64,000 nucleotides of DNA from Candidatus Spongiisociaceae bacterium (GCA_965219685.1 CBDCOH010000002.1:2144001-2208000), one strand, 5' to 3'. Counted from the first letter of the stretch, positions 30,366 through 40,000 are shown. Program-made: numbers and translations. The notes: generated from the letters alone by a model not told the origin.

Positions 30366-31331
30366 CTATTCGGTCGAAAACGTGACTCCAAGGTCTACGA
30401 GCCACCGACGATACGCTACGGCCAAGCGATCCGACTTGAGGTGAAGTTCAGCCTGGAGATCAAGTGGCAGTAGCTCCGGACGTTGTGATTCCACGATTGG
30501 TACATCCTGGAATGTGACGCTGTCCTGCCACGCCCGGAGTTCTTGGTCGGTGTCATCGGAGAGAGCATCAAACGCTAGGTAGATCCAACCGGTACTCTGA
30601 AGTATGCCTCGCGGGGACACGAAAAGGATCACAGAGTATTTGGGACCTTCATTCTCGCTGATGAGGTATGCCGTGAGGGGCCGATAAACGTGGTAGGTCC
30701 AGAGAACCATCTCATTGCCTGTCCCCAGCATCTCTGGTGCATAGCAACCAACCCCCGTCGCGTGGATACCCTCCGAGCCGAACTCAACCCGGTAGTCAGG
30801 AATCTCTGGTCGTGCAGAGTCACCGAGAATACCGTCATGAACAAAAGACAGGTGGGCGATGTCCAAGAAATTCTCGATGGTGCGCGGTCCGCCGGCATCG
30901 AACTCGTAAGGCCCACAAAGGACCTTACGAAACTCTTGCTTGTACCAGTCGGGATAAGGTGGGATATCCCGATCAGGGTCTCCCAGAGTCACCCATACGA
31001 GGCCATATCGCTCCTTCGCCCTGTACGTATCAACCTTCGCTCGAGATGGGATCCTGGTTTCGGGGTGAGCCGGGATACGCACACATCGGCCGTCGGCGTC
31101 GTAAGTCCAACCGTGATAGGGGCATATCAGGCACGAATCCTGTACGCGCCCTAGGGAGAGTCGAGTGCCACGGTGGACACACAGATCTCGCCATGCCCTG
31201 AGCGCGCCGTTGTCACGCCAGATCACAAGATCCTCATCGAGAAGTCGAGTGCCCAGAACCTCTCCGTCGCCTATGTCCTTGGATCTGCAGACGGGATGCC
31301 AGTCATCAAGGAGTATCGGATCGTCCAACAT
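30366..31331 (-). CDS. Rieske oxygenase alpha subunit (demethylase-like) #3
   Basis: DWHPV, CVHRG..CPYHGW, ENFLDIAHLSFVH, and ESQRPELLPLD motifs. AGAGGA RBS before ATG31331. Confidence 0.92.
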   Translation of the reverse strand: MLDDPILLDDWHPVCRSKDIGDGEVLGTRLLDEDLVIWRDNGALRAWRDLCVHRGTRLSLGRVQDSCLICPYHGWTYDADGRCVRIPAHPETRIPSRAKVDTYRAKERYGLVWVTLGDPDRDIPPYPDWYKQEFRKVLCGPYEFDAGGPRTIENFLDIAHLSFVHDGILGDSARPEIPDYRVEFGSEGIHATGVGCYAPEMLGTGNEMVLWTYHVYRPLTAYLISENEGPKYSVILFVSPRGILQSTGWIYLAFDALSDDTDQELRAWQDSVTFQDVPIVESQRPELLPLDLQAELHLKSDRLAVAYRRWLVDLGVTFSTE

Positions 31332-31467
31332 CAGGTAATCCTCTCTGAACGGTGACACGCGAGACCTGGCAAACTGCCCACCATCGCCACGGTAACAGAG
31401 CGCCGGTGCCGAGGCCTCTCTCCGCTCGGAGCTTTCGGGACCGCCAAGCCCTCTCGCCGGCGACTGG

Positions 31468-32622
31468 TCAGGACTCAGCTATCTCGCCTTCGATGTTCTG
31501 GTTCAGCCACGTGCAACAAAGGACCCGCTCATTCATCGGGATGGTCTCGCCTTCGGCGATCGGCGTGTTTCCCTCATTGTCGACCACGGGTCCGGCGAAG
31601 ATGTCGAACTCGCCGTCGATGATCTGTTGCCGCCGCTCCAGCGCCCTGTCCAAAACGTCCTGGGGGATATCCGAGTGGAACTTGGAGAGACCCATGACCC
31701 CGTCGGCCAGACCCCCGTAGAAGAAGTGTGGCTCGAAAGTGCCATCGAGGACTGATTGCGCAACCGAGAGGTAGTAGGGACCCCACTCGTAAGTGAAGGA
31801 GGTGACCCAATGGTCGGGCGCCAGGCCCGACTCGTCCTCACCGTAACCCAGATACCACTTGTCCTCCGCAGTGGCCACCTGCGCCATGGCCGGCGAGTTC
31901 AGATTGGAGACCAGCACGTCGGCGCCCGCTGCCACGAAGGCCTCCCCGGCCTGCTGCTCCTTGGGCGGATCGAACCACGAGTTGGTGAATATGGCGATGA
32001 TCTTGGCGTCGGGGTTCACCTCCTGAACACCCAACGCAAACCCGTTCAGATGCTTGACCACGCCCTCGAGCGGGAAACCGAGCACAGCGCCTATCACGTT
32101 CGTTTCGGTGATGGCGCCAGCGATCATGCCGTCCACGTACCGTCCCTCCTCGGAGGCGATGTCGAATGCTGCCGAGTTCTCCGCGTTCTCGTACCCGCCC
32201 CAATGGAGGAACACGGTGTCCGGGTACTGGGGAGCTACCTCAAGGATGTCGGGTTGGAAGAAGCTCGTCAGCACGACGATGTCATAGCCATCCTCCGCAA
32301 GCTCGGCCATCGCAGCCTGGCCGGGCTGTCCGGGCAGGATCTGCTCTACGTTGACAGTCTCGATCCCGGGAAGGTGCTCCTCCACATATTGGCGCGCGCG
32401 GTCGTGACCTTGCCCCCAACCGCCGACGATACCGCCGTCGTAGATCCAAGCCATCCTGAGGCCCTCACCAGGCATAGCCGCCTCAGTGGTCGTCGGGGCC
32501 TGGGTCGTAGGTGCCTGCGTCGTCGGCGCCTGAGTAGTCTCAACTTCATCGTCGCCACAAGCGACTGCGACGAGCATCAAGACCACGGCCACAACGAGCA
32601 TCTTGAACATCCGGTGAATCAT
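31468..32622 (-). CDS. BMP-family substrate-binding lipoprotein (copy B, recent paralog of 28574-29743)
   Basis: Long identical stretches shared with copy A. Confidence 0.93.
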   Translation of the reverse strand: MIHRMFKMLVVAVVLMLVAVACGDDEVETTQAPTTQAPTTQAPTTTEAAMPGEGLRMAWIYDGGIVGGWGQGHDRARQYVEEHLPGIETVNVEQILPGQPGQAAMAELAEDGYDIVVLTSFFQPDILEVAPQYPDTVFLHWGGYENAENSAAFDIASEEGRYVDGMIAGAITETNVIGAVLGFPLEGVVKHLNGFALGVQEVNPDAKIIAIFTNSWFDPPKEQQAGEAFVAAGADVLVSNLNSPAMAQVATAEDKWYLGYGEDESGLAPDHWVTSFTYEWGPYYLSVAQSVLDGTFEPHFFYGGLADGVMGLSKFHSDIPQDVLDRALERRQQIIDGEFDIFAGPVVDNEGNTPIAEGETIPMNERVLCCTWLNQNIEGEIAES

Positions 32623-32672
32623 GCTGACTCCTCCCTGCTGTGAGCCTGCAGCACGTACCGCCGTGGAGTCGT

Positions 32673-32707
32673 GTCGGCAGGTTCCTCAAGAATCCGACAC
32701 TAGCAAC
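32673..32707 (-). promoter_or_regulatory. Conserved upstream/promoter block of BMP copy B
   Basis: 32/35 identical to 29816-29850. Confidence 0.6.
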
Positions 32708-33019
32708 AGCACGTCGAGAATGACCCCCCGTTATCCGGCAGATCAAACCCGGCGAATTCCCATACGCCATTGGTGAGTGTACGGAGGCTCGATAGGGTTG
32801 CCGTTCGTGTCACCCGCGTCGCGCTGGAGGAACAGGCGATGAGGGGCCAGACCCAATCCAGTGTTCTGTCACGGATTCCAGCAGGGATTCCGATCTCGGC
32901 CGGTGCAGGCAAACGGCGCCCTGATATGCTCGCCCGAAGCCGGTCATGTCTCGTTCCGGTCCCGACTCCGGTGTCGTCAGCGACCGGAACTGGCTCCTGG
33001 ACGGAGGAGGTTGGCTGCG

Positions 33020-34075
33020 ATGACAAACCACGTCGACCTGCCGGATAGCTCAGTCCGTAACCAACTCGACGTAGACACCGAACTGCGCCTCTATGCCGCT
33101 ATGCGGAACTTCTGGCACCCGGTCATGTACTCGGACGACCTCGGCAACGACCCACAAGCAGCCGTCCTGCTGGGCGAACAAATCGTACTCGCACGTATGG
33201 AGGGCGAGGTGCGGTGCTTTCGCGATCTGTGTTGCCACCGGGGAGCTGCTCTGTCGCTCGGCTGGAACGAGGGGAACCAACTGCGTTGCCTCTATCACGG
33301 ATGGACCTATGGGGTCGACGGTGTCTGCACCTCCATCCCGGCTCGATTCGGTCTTAGGATCCCGACCCGGGCGAGGTTGCAGGCCTTCAGCGTCCGTGAG
33401 GAGGGAGGTCTGATCTGGGTTTGCCTGGCCGACCGACCGATGTTCCATGTCCCCGAGTTCCCGGAGTACAAGGATCCGGAGTTCAAAGTGCTCCGGGGAC
33501 CGTTCTATGACTGGAAGACGAGCGCCCACCGCCGTCTCGAAAACTTCATGGACTTTGCCCACTTCGCCTACGTCCACGACGGTGTGCTCGGCAGCAGGGA
33601 CGATCCCGAGGTCCCAGAACACGACGTTTGGAAGGCAACCGACTCGGAACTCGCTTTCTATCGAACTGTCAAGGAACCGATCGAGGGCCTCACCGGCTAC
33701 GCGTCGGATGAACCACTCGTCGACGTCGACTACACCTACCGGCTGACGATGCCGATCAGCATCCACTTCGACCGGCACTACCTTCCTGGCGAGTCGCGCT
33801 ACGTGCTCTTTTTGGCCTGTTCGCCGGTCGGTCCCAAGCGTGTCCGGTCGTTCTGGTTCTTGGCCAGGAACTATGCCCTCGACGCAGACGACCAGGAGTT
33901 CCTGGGCTTCGAACGTTTCGTCCAGGAGCAGGACCGCCCTGTCGTCGAGAGTCAACGACCCGAGATGCTCCCATATGATCTCACTGCCGAGCTACATGTG
34001 AGAGCAGCCGACAAGGTCTCCGTTGCCTACCGCCGATGGCTGGTCGAGTTGACGAACGAACTCAACCCAGCCTGA
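33020..34075 (+). CDS. Rieske oxygenase #4, methylxanthine N-demethylase (NdmA/NdmB)-like
   Basis: RNFWHPV, CCHRG..CLYHGW, ENFMDFAHFAYVH and ADKVSVAYRRWL closely recall NdmA/B motifs. GGAGGAGG RBS. Confidence 0.88.
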   Translation: MTNHVDLPDSSVRNQLDVDTELRLYAAMRNFWHPVMYSDDLGNDPQAAVLLGEQIVLARMEGEVRCFRDLCCHRGAALSLGWNEGNQLRCLYHGWTYGVDGVCTSIPARFGLRIPTRARLQAFSVREEGGLIWVCLADRPMFHVPEFPEYKDPEFKVLRGPFYDWKTSAHRRLENFMDFAHFAYVHDGVLGSRDDPEVPEHDVWKATDSELAFYRTVKEPIEGLTGYASDEPLVDVDYTYRLTMPISIHFDRHYLPGESRYVLFLACSPVGPKRVRSFWFLARNYALDADDQEFLGFERFVQEQDRPVVESQRPEMLPYDLTAELHVRAADKVSVAYRRWLVELTNELNPA

Positions 34076-34137
34076 GCCTCCCAAGATCGGATCCTTATCC
34101 GGCATCTAAGACTGCGCCATCCGCTTACGCGAGCAAC

Positions 34138-34293
34138 GGCCGGATGGGGGTCGGCCGGCAGCCGTACCGAACCTCCGTCAACGCTCCATACATGTGCGGC
34201 TCATGCTGTCAGCCCGGCGGGTCGATCACGTTCGCTCCCGGTTATAACGCGGTGAACGTGATCGCCGAGGATCTAGGCCTCAAGCGCTGGTGA
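34138..34293 (+). pseudogene. Orphan C-terminal fragment of a phytoene-desaturase-like FAD oxidoreductase
   Basis: YRTSVNAPYMCGSCCQPGGSITFAPGYNAVNVIAEDLG matches the family C-terminus YRTP..LYLCGS..HPGG.ITG.PGYNAA. The rest of the gene is absent. Confidence 0.7.
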
Positions 34294-34473
34294 GCCAAGC
34301 CGAGCTTCCTGGAAGGGTACGGGTTCTTCGAGGACTGGTAGCCGCTCCGCCACCGCCGGTCGCGATAGAGGTCTCGTTCTCACGATACGAAATGATGCTT
34401 TCGGTCTACGGTAGAACAGATGTAGGCTGCCCTCGACAACGTCTGCAGGCGCGCTACGACTCTCGAGGGAAAT

Positions 34474-35922
34474 ATGACGACTCCATCAGTTCTTTCCAAG
34501 ACCGAACTGCCCCTTCGGCCCGACGTGGTGGCAGCCGGCGAGACGCTATCCGGAGATCCCTTGGAGGTACGGTCTCCCTGGGATGGCTCCCTCGTAGGAC
34601 TCGTGCCGACCGGCGGCCGATCGGAGACGGCGGACGCTATAGACGCGGCTCACCAGGCGACCCGTTCGCCCCTTCCGGCCTACCGCCGGGCCGAGATCCT
34701 TGACGGGGCAGCCGCCGGTATCGAAGCCAATCGGGACGCCTTCGCCCGCATACTGGCGCTTGAAATAGGAAAGCCTGTGAGCCAGGCGTTGGTCGAGGTC
34801 GACCGGTGTGTCCAGACCTTCAGGTTCTCGGCGGCCGAAGCCCGCACCCTGACCGGGACCGGCGTCGCCTTCGACGCCCATCCTGCGGGCGTGGGGCATC
34901 GCGGCTTCACCATCCGGGTTCCGATCGGGGTCATAGCCGCGATTACTCCGTTCAACTTCCCGCTGAACCTGGCGGCTCACAAGATAGGTCCAGCAATAGC
35001 GACCGGATGCGGCGTGGTGCTGAAGCCGTCACGGGATGCTCCGCTGGCGGCCACCGCGCTGGCCGGCCTTCTCTACGAGGCCGGCCTTCCCAGGGAAGCC
35101 CTGTCGGTCGTAGTGGGCTCCTCGTCGGAGATCGGTGACGTTCTCATCGCTGACCAGCGCGTGGGAATGATCACCTTCACCGGTTCGAGCGAGGTCGGTT
35201 GGCAACTGGCGGCCAGAGCTCCGCAGAAGCGCGTCAGTCTCGAACTCGGCAACTCCACGCCGCTCGTCGTGTGCGCGGACGCCGATCTGGCCGCGGCAGC
35301 CGGGTCGGTGGCTGCGAGCGGGTTCGCCTTCGCCGGACAGTCCTGCATTTCGGTGCAGCGGGTCATCGTCGAGGAGTCGGTCCACAGCCGCTTCGTCGAC
35401 GAACTGGTCGGAGCGAGCGCCGGCAAGATCCTCGGGGACCCGACAGACCCGGACACGTTCGTAGGGCCCCTCATCAACAGCAGCGCCCGCGAACGTGTCG
35501 CCGCATGGATCGAGGAAGCACAGGAAAGCGGCGCGACGCCCTTGGTCGACTCCACCAACGGTGGGCTCCACCTCGGTCCGACCGTGCTGGATGATGTCGA
35601 TACGGCGAGTCGGGTCTGGCAGGACGAGGTGTTCGGCCCGGTTGTCGGCATCCGGACCTTCTCTCGCTTCTCCGAGGCCATCGAGGCTGCCAACGCCACC
35701 GAGTACGGACTCCAGGCGGGCATCTTCACGACGGACATCCGCAAGGCGCTCGACGCGGCCGAGCAACTCGACTTCGGCGGTGTGACGATCAACGAGACGC
35801 CGACCTTCCGGGTCGACCAGATGCCCTACGGAGGAACGAAGATATCCGGCAACACCAGGGAAGGTCCCAGATACTCCGTAAGGGAGATGACCGAGGAACG
35901 AGTGGTGGTGATCGGAGGATGA
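34474..35922 (+). CDS. NAD(P)-dependent aldehyde dehydrogenase
   Basis: ITPFNFP, FTGS, LELG, GQSCIS catalytic Cys, EVFGP and PYGG motifs. Confidence 0.95.
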   Translation: MTTPSVLSKTELPLRPDVVAAGETLSGDPLEVRSPWDGSLVGLVPTGGRSETADAIDAAHQATRSPLPAYRRAEILDGAAAGIEANRDAFARILALEIGKPVSQALVEVDRCVQTFRFSAAEARTLTGTGVAFDAHPAGVGHRGFTIRVPIGVIAAITPFNFPLNLAAHKIGPAIATGCGVVLKPSRDAPLAATALAGLLYEAGLPREALSVVVGSSSEIGDVLIADQRVGMITFTGSSEVGWQLAARAPQKRVSLELGNSTPLVVCADADLAAAAGSVAASGFAFAGQSCISVQRVIVEESVHSRFVDELVGASAGKILGDPTDPDTFVGPLINSSARERVAAWIEEAQESGATPLVDSTNGGLHLGPTVLDDVDTASRVWQDEVFGPVVGIRTFSRFSEAIEAANATEYGLQAGIFTTDIRKALDAAEQLDFGGVTINETPTFRVDQMPYGGTKISGNTREGPRYSVREMTEERVVVIGG

Positions 35923-36007
35923 CCTGACGGTTTCCGCCGCGTCCCGCAGCTCCCAGCTTGGAGATACCCTTTATCCCCAGGTCACCACGACCGGCTCGGG
36001 TCCCAGG

Positions 36008-36841
36008 GTGCTCGACCGGACGTTCGCGATCCTGCGCCTGTTCACGCCCGAACTCCCCGATTGGACCGTTACCGAGGCCGCCGATGCGCTGGATCTGCCC
36101 GTTCCTACCGTTCACCGCCTGCTGGCCGCTCTGCAGCACCACGGATACGTGGCAAGGGACGAGGTGTCCAAGCGGTACCGGCTCGGCGTCTCCGCGTTCG
36201 AACTGGGCAGGAGGGCAACCGCGTCGACCGACCTGCGGTCGGCCAGTCTGAAGGTTCTGGAGTCGATGGCCTCCGCCAGCGGCGAGACGGTACTGCTGAC
36301 GGCGATCGGTCCCGACCGGCGTACTTCGGTGTGTCTGGAACGGGTGGAGAGCAGGAACCCCCTTCGACTGTCGGTCGTTCCGGGGCTACGGGTTCCGCTC
36401 CACGCAGGGGCTTCCCAAAAGGCTCTGCTCGCCTACATGAGCGATGTCGACTTGCATGCGTTCATAGATGGTGGACTGCCGTCCCTATGCGATGCGACGA
36501 TCACCAACCCGGCTGCACTGAAGAAGGAACTCGAGGCGATACGCAGCCGGGGTTGGGCGACCTCCTACCAGGAGACGAACCTGGGCCTCTGGGGCATCGC
36601 CATCACGTTGCTCGATGCCGGGTCGAAGGCCGTGGCGGCGGTAGGGCTGGCCGGACCCAGGGCGCGCCTGCCGAAGTCGCGGATACCCGAGGTTCTCCAT
36701 GTACTGGACGAGGGTGCCCGCGCCATAGCTGCGAGCAGGGCCTTGACGACTTCGACCCAGTTGACGACAGGCGAATCGCCCCCAAGTGAAGCTCGAAGAG
36801 ATCCAGACCCGGAATACGTTCAAAAGGAGAAGGGCCGTTGA
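36008..36841 (+). CDS. IclR-family transcriptional regulator
   Basis: N-terminal HTH (TVHRLL..YRLG), PLHAGASQKALLA and IRSRGWA motifs. Confidence 0.93.
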   Translation: MLDRTFAILRLFTPELPDWTVTEAADALDLPVPTVHRLLAALQHHGYVARDEVSKRYRLGVSAFELGRRATASTDLRSASLKVLESMASASGETVLLTAIGPDRRTSVCLERVESRNPLRLSVVPGLRVPLHAGASQKALLAYMSDVDLHAFIDGGLPSLCDATITNPAALKKELEAIRSRGWATSYQETNLGLWGIAITLLDAGSKAVAAVGLAGPRARLPKSRIPEVLHVLDEGARAIAASRALTTSTQLTTGESPPSEARRDPDPEYVQKEKGR

Positions 36842-37668
36842 CGACATCAAGCCAGACACTTCTAGATTCGTCGGTACCGACATCGGCGCTGAGCGGGAAG
36901 GTTGCGGTAGTCACGGGAGCCGCAAAGGGACTCGGTGCCGCCATCACGCTCGACCTGGCGCGCCAGGGCGCGGACATCGCTCTCGCGGCAAGGGAGGAGG
37001 ATGCCCTGCGCCATCATGCCGACCGCCTCGACGCCGAGTACGGTCATCGCTCGTCACTCGTCGTCAGAACAGATGTTCTGTCCGAAACCGACGTGGAGAA
37101 TCTGGTGAAGGAGACAGTGAGCCGGTTCGGGGGCATCGACATCCTGGTCAACACAGCGGGTGGTACGGGACCGATCGAAACGCCGGCTCAGAACGTCGAC
37201 GTGCAGGCCTTCAGAGACATTCTTGAGCTGAACGTGCTGGGAACCTTCGTCGTGTGCAAGTACGCCATCCCCAGCATGATCGAACGTCGCGACGGCCGGA
37301 TCGTGAACATATCGGGCACGAGCGGGCTGCGAGGCTACATCAACCGCGCCGGCTACTCGTCGTCGAAGTGGGCGGTCCGGGGTCTCACCCGGACCCTGGC
37401 ACTCGAACTCGGCCAGTACGGCATCACGGTCAACGCGGTGTGTCCCAACGTCACGCACGGCGATCGCATGACGCGGATCGTCAACACCAAGGCCTCCACT
37501 CTGGGGGTTACCCCAGAGGAGGTATATGCCGACTTCGCGTCACAGACCGCTCTGGGCCGGTTCATCGACAGCGGCGACATCGCGGCCGCGGTCTCGTTCC
37601 TGGTGTCGAACGGCGCCCGCAACATTACGGGACATGACATAGTGGTAGATGCCGGCTGGGACGTGTGA
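36838..37668 (+). CDS. Short-chain dehydrogenase/reductase
   Basis: TGAAKGLG and YSSSK motifs. Confidence 0.93.
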   Translation: MTTSSQTLLDSSVPTSALSGKVAVVTGAAKGLGAAITLDLARQGADIALAAREEDALRHHADRLDAEYGHRSSLVVRTDVLSETDVENLVKETVSRFGGIDILVNTAGGTGPIETPAQNVDVQAFRDILELNVLGTFVVCKYAIPSMIERRDGRIVNISGTSGLRGYINRAGYSSSKWAVRGLTRTLALELGQYGITVNAVCPNVTHGDRMTRIVNTKASTLGVTPEEVYADFASQTALGRFIDSGDIAAAVSFLVSNGARNITGHDIVVDAGWDV

Positions 37669-38569
37669 AGCGTTCGGGAGAGCCTTCACCCCGGGGGTCC
37701 GGGTGCGAGTAGCCGGTGTCCAGACCGGTCCGGTCGACGAGCGGCCAGCGGATGCGGTACGCACGGCATTCCGCCAACTCGGTGACACCACACCCGACCT
37801 GGTCGTCTTCCCCGAACTGTTCAGCCTGCCCTTCTGGTGCGTCGGTCACACCCGTCAGGACTTCTTCGCCTGGGCCGAGGACATCGAGGGGGAGACGCTG
37901 ACCACGGCCCGGGAGGAGGCCCGCGACCGTGGATGCCACGCGGTCGTGCCTTTCTTCGAACGGGGCGCCGTCGACGGGGTGTATTTCAACAGCGCAGCGG
38001 TGGTGGGACCGGACGGGGGCATCGTCCCTGGTGTACTGCCCACCGGTGAGGAAGTCCCTGTCTACAGGAAGAACGCCATCTCGTCCTACAACTGGAGCGG
38101 ATCGGTCAACGACGAGAAGTACTACTTCCGCCCCGGAGCCGGATACCCCGTCTTCACAACGAGCATCGGAAGGATCGGCGTGCTGATCTGCTACGACAGG
38201 TGGTTCGCCGAAGCATGGCGACTCCTTGGGCTCGCGGGAGCAGAAGTCATGTGCATCCCCAATGCCTCCAGCGGAACCGTATCAGGGTTGTTCATCCCCT
38301 CCATCAGGACCTGGTCCGCCCAGAACGTCGTCTTTTCGGTCGCCGTGAACCGCTCCGGCCAGGAGACAGTGAACGGTGTATCCACCGAGTTCTACGGTCT
38401 CAGTTGCGTGGCGTCCCCGCGCGGGAAGCTGCTGTCGGCCGCACCCGAGGGCGAGCCCGGTGTCACCTCTGCGACGATCGACCTCCGGGAAGTGGCCGCG
38501 GCCCGGATGGACCAGACCATGTATCGCGATCGGAGGCCCGAACTCTACGCTCCACTCGCCCGATCATGA
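37649..38569 (+). CDS. Carbon-nitrogen hydrolase (beta-ureidopropionase/N-carbamoylase-like)
   Basis: Catalytic triad FPELF, YRK, ICYDR is intact; EKYYFRPG..YPVF motif. Confidence 0.9.
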   Translation: MPAGTCEAFGRAFTPGVRVRVAGVQTGPVDERPADAVRTAFRQLGDTTPDLVVFPELFSLPFWCVGHTRQDFFAWAEDIEGETLTTAREEARDRGCHAVVPFFERGAVDGVYFNSAAVVGPDGGIVPGVLPTGEEVPVYRKNAISSYNWSGSVNDEKYYFRPGAGYPVFTTSIGRIGVLICYDRWFAEAWRLLGLAGAEVMCIPNASSGTVSGLFIPSIRTWSAQNVVFSVAVNRSGQETVNGVSTEFYGLSCVASPRGKLLSAAPEGEPGVTSATIDLREVAAARMDQTMYRDRRPELYAPLARS

Positions 38570-39975
38570 GCATTGCCACCAGCCTGCGGGACGGGCTTGA
38601 CCTGCTCGACCGGAAAGGTGGCCTGGTCCGGATCGGTCGGCCCGTGGATCCGGTCGGCGAGGTGACCGCTGTGCTGACCGCCCTCGAGGAGCAAGGCAAC
38701 TGGTCGGCCGTGCTCTTCGAGTCGGTGAAAGGGTACGAGGGCTGGCGTATCGCCGGGTCGGTCTTCTCAGACCGGTCGAATATCGCGGCGATGCTAGGAG
38801 CAGACCGGGAGCGCCTGGTCGCGGAGTTGAGCGACCGCTTCGCCCACCCGATGCCCACGTCCGACACCACGTCAGCGCCTGTCCACGAGGTGGTCGTGAC
38901 CGGTGACGACGCCTCCCTTGATGACCTCCCGCTCGTCTGGCATCACGAACGGGACGCCAACCGGTACATCTCCATGGGGCTCACCTTCGTGAAGGATCCC
39001 GAGACCGGGAAGCGGAACGCCGGGATCTACCGGTTCATGCAGCGCGACGCCACCACCTTGGTTCCTTCGCTCACCTCAATCTCCAACATCGCGGACATAT
39101 TCCGTCGCCAGGAGGGGCGCGGTGAGCCTCTCGACATCGCCATCGTGCCGTCGGCTTCCCCGGCACTCACGTTGGCGGCCAGCTACAGGGCGGCCCTGGG
39201 AACCGACGAGTGCACACTCGCCGGGGGGCTCCAGCAGGCTCCGGTGGAAATGGTCCCGGCCCGAACCGTCGACGTGGAAGTGCCGGCAGACGCGGAACTG
39301 GTCATCGAGGCCCGCATACAACCCGGCGAACGACACCCGGAGGCCCCGTTCGCGGACATGTCCGGCTCCTACAGCCGCGTCAAGCAGGGCCCCCTGGTCG
39401 TCGTCAGTGCCATCACCCGGCGGAAAGACCCCATCCTCCAACTGGCCTTCTCCGGTCATGCCGACGCCACGAACATGGCGGCGATCGGCCACGAAGTAGC
39501 CATCTGGCGCGCGGTGCAGGCATCCTCTTCCAACGTGGTAGCGGTTCACGTCCCGGCCAGCGGATACGGCTTCCATTGTTACCTGGCCATCCGGAAGGAA
39601 CCGACAGTGGAGGGGGGCGAGCGAGGCGAGCAACGGAACGTGATGCTGGCCGCCTTGGGGGCGGTGCCGCAGCTCAAACTGGTAGTCGCCTTCGACCACG
39701 ACGTTGACATCTTCAACGAGCACCAGGTACTCGGGGCGCTGGCGCGACGCTTCCAAGCCATCGATCCGCGCACAGGACGCAGTCGCATAACGGTCATCGG
39801 AGACGCCAAGGGGGCCACCTACGATCCGAGCAGTTTTCATCGCGAGTACCCGAACTCGAAGCTGATGATCGACGCCACGATTCCCACCGATCTCGATCCT
39901 TCGGTCCGGGCCGCGTTCGAGGAAGCGAAACCCGGATGGCGCGACTCCATCGATCTGACCGAGTATTTCGGTTAG
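38566..39975 (+). CDS. UbiD-family prFMN-dependent (de)carboxylase
   Basis: HHERDANRYI, RNAGIYR, VPADAELVIE, EAPFADMSGSY, DHDVDIF and KLMIDAT motifs. Confidence 0.9.
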   Translation: MSIATSLRDGLDLLDRKGGLVRIGRPVDPVGEVTAVLTALEEQGNWSAVLFESVKGYEGWRIAGSVFSDRSNIAAMLGADRERLVAELSDRFAHPMPTSDTTSAPVHEVVVTGDDASLDDLPLVWHHERDANRYISMGLTFVKDPETGKRNAGIYRFMQRDATTLVPSLTSISNIADIFRRQEGRGEPLDIAIVPSASPALTLAASYRAALGTDECTLAGGLQQAPVEMVPARTVDVEVPADAELVIEARIQPGERHPEAPFADMSGSYSRVKQGPLVVVSAITRRKDPILQLAFSGHADATNMAAIGHEVAIWRAVQASSSNVVAVHVPASGYGFHCYLAIRKEPTVEGGERGEQRNVMLAALGAVPQLKLVVAFDHDVDIFNEHQVLGALARRFQAIDPRTGRSRITVIGDAKGATYDPSSFHREYPNSKLMIDATIPTDLDPSVRAAFEEAKPGWRDSIDLTEYFG

Positions 39976-40000
39976 TTGTTAGTTGGTAGTTATTAGTTAT
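39973..40000 (+). repeat. 7-bp repeat tract beginning at the UbiD stop
   Basis: tagttgt tagttgg tagttat tagttat. Confidence 0.8.
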
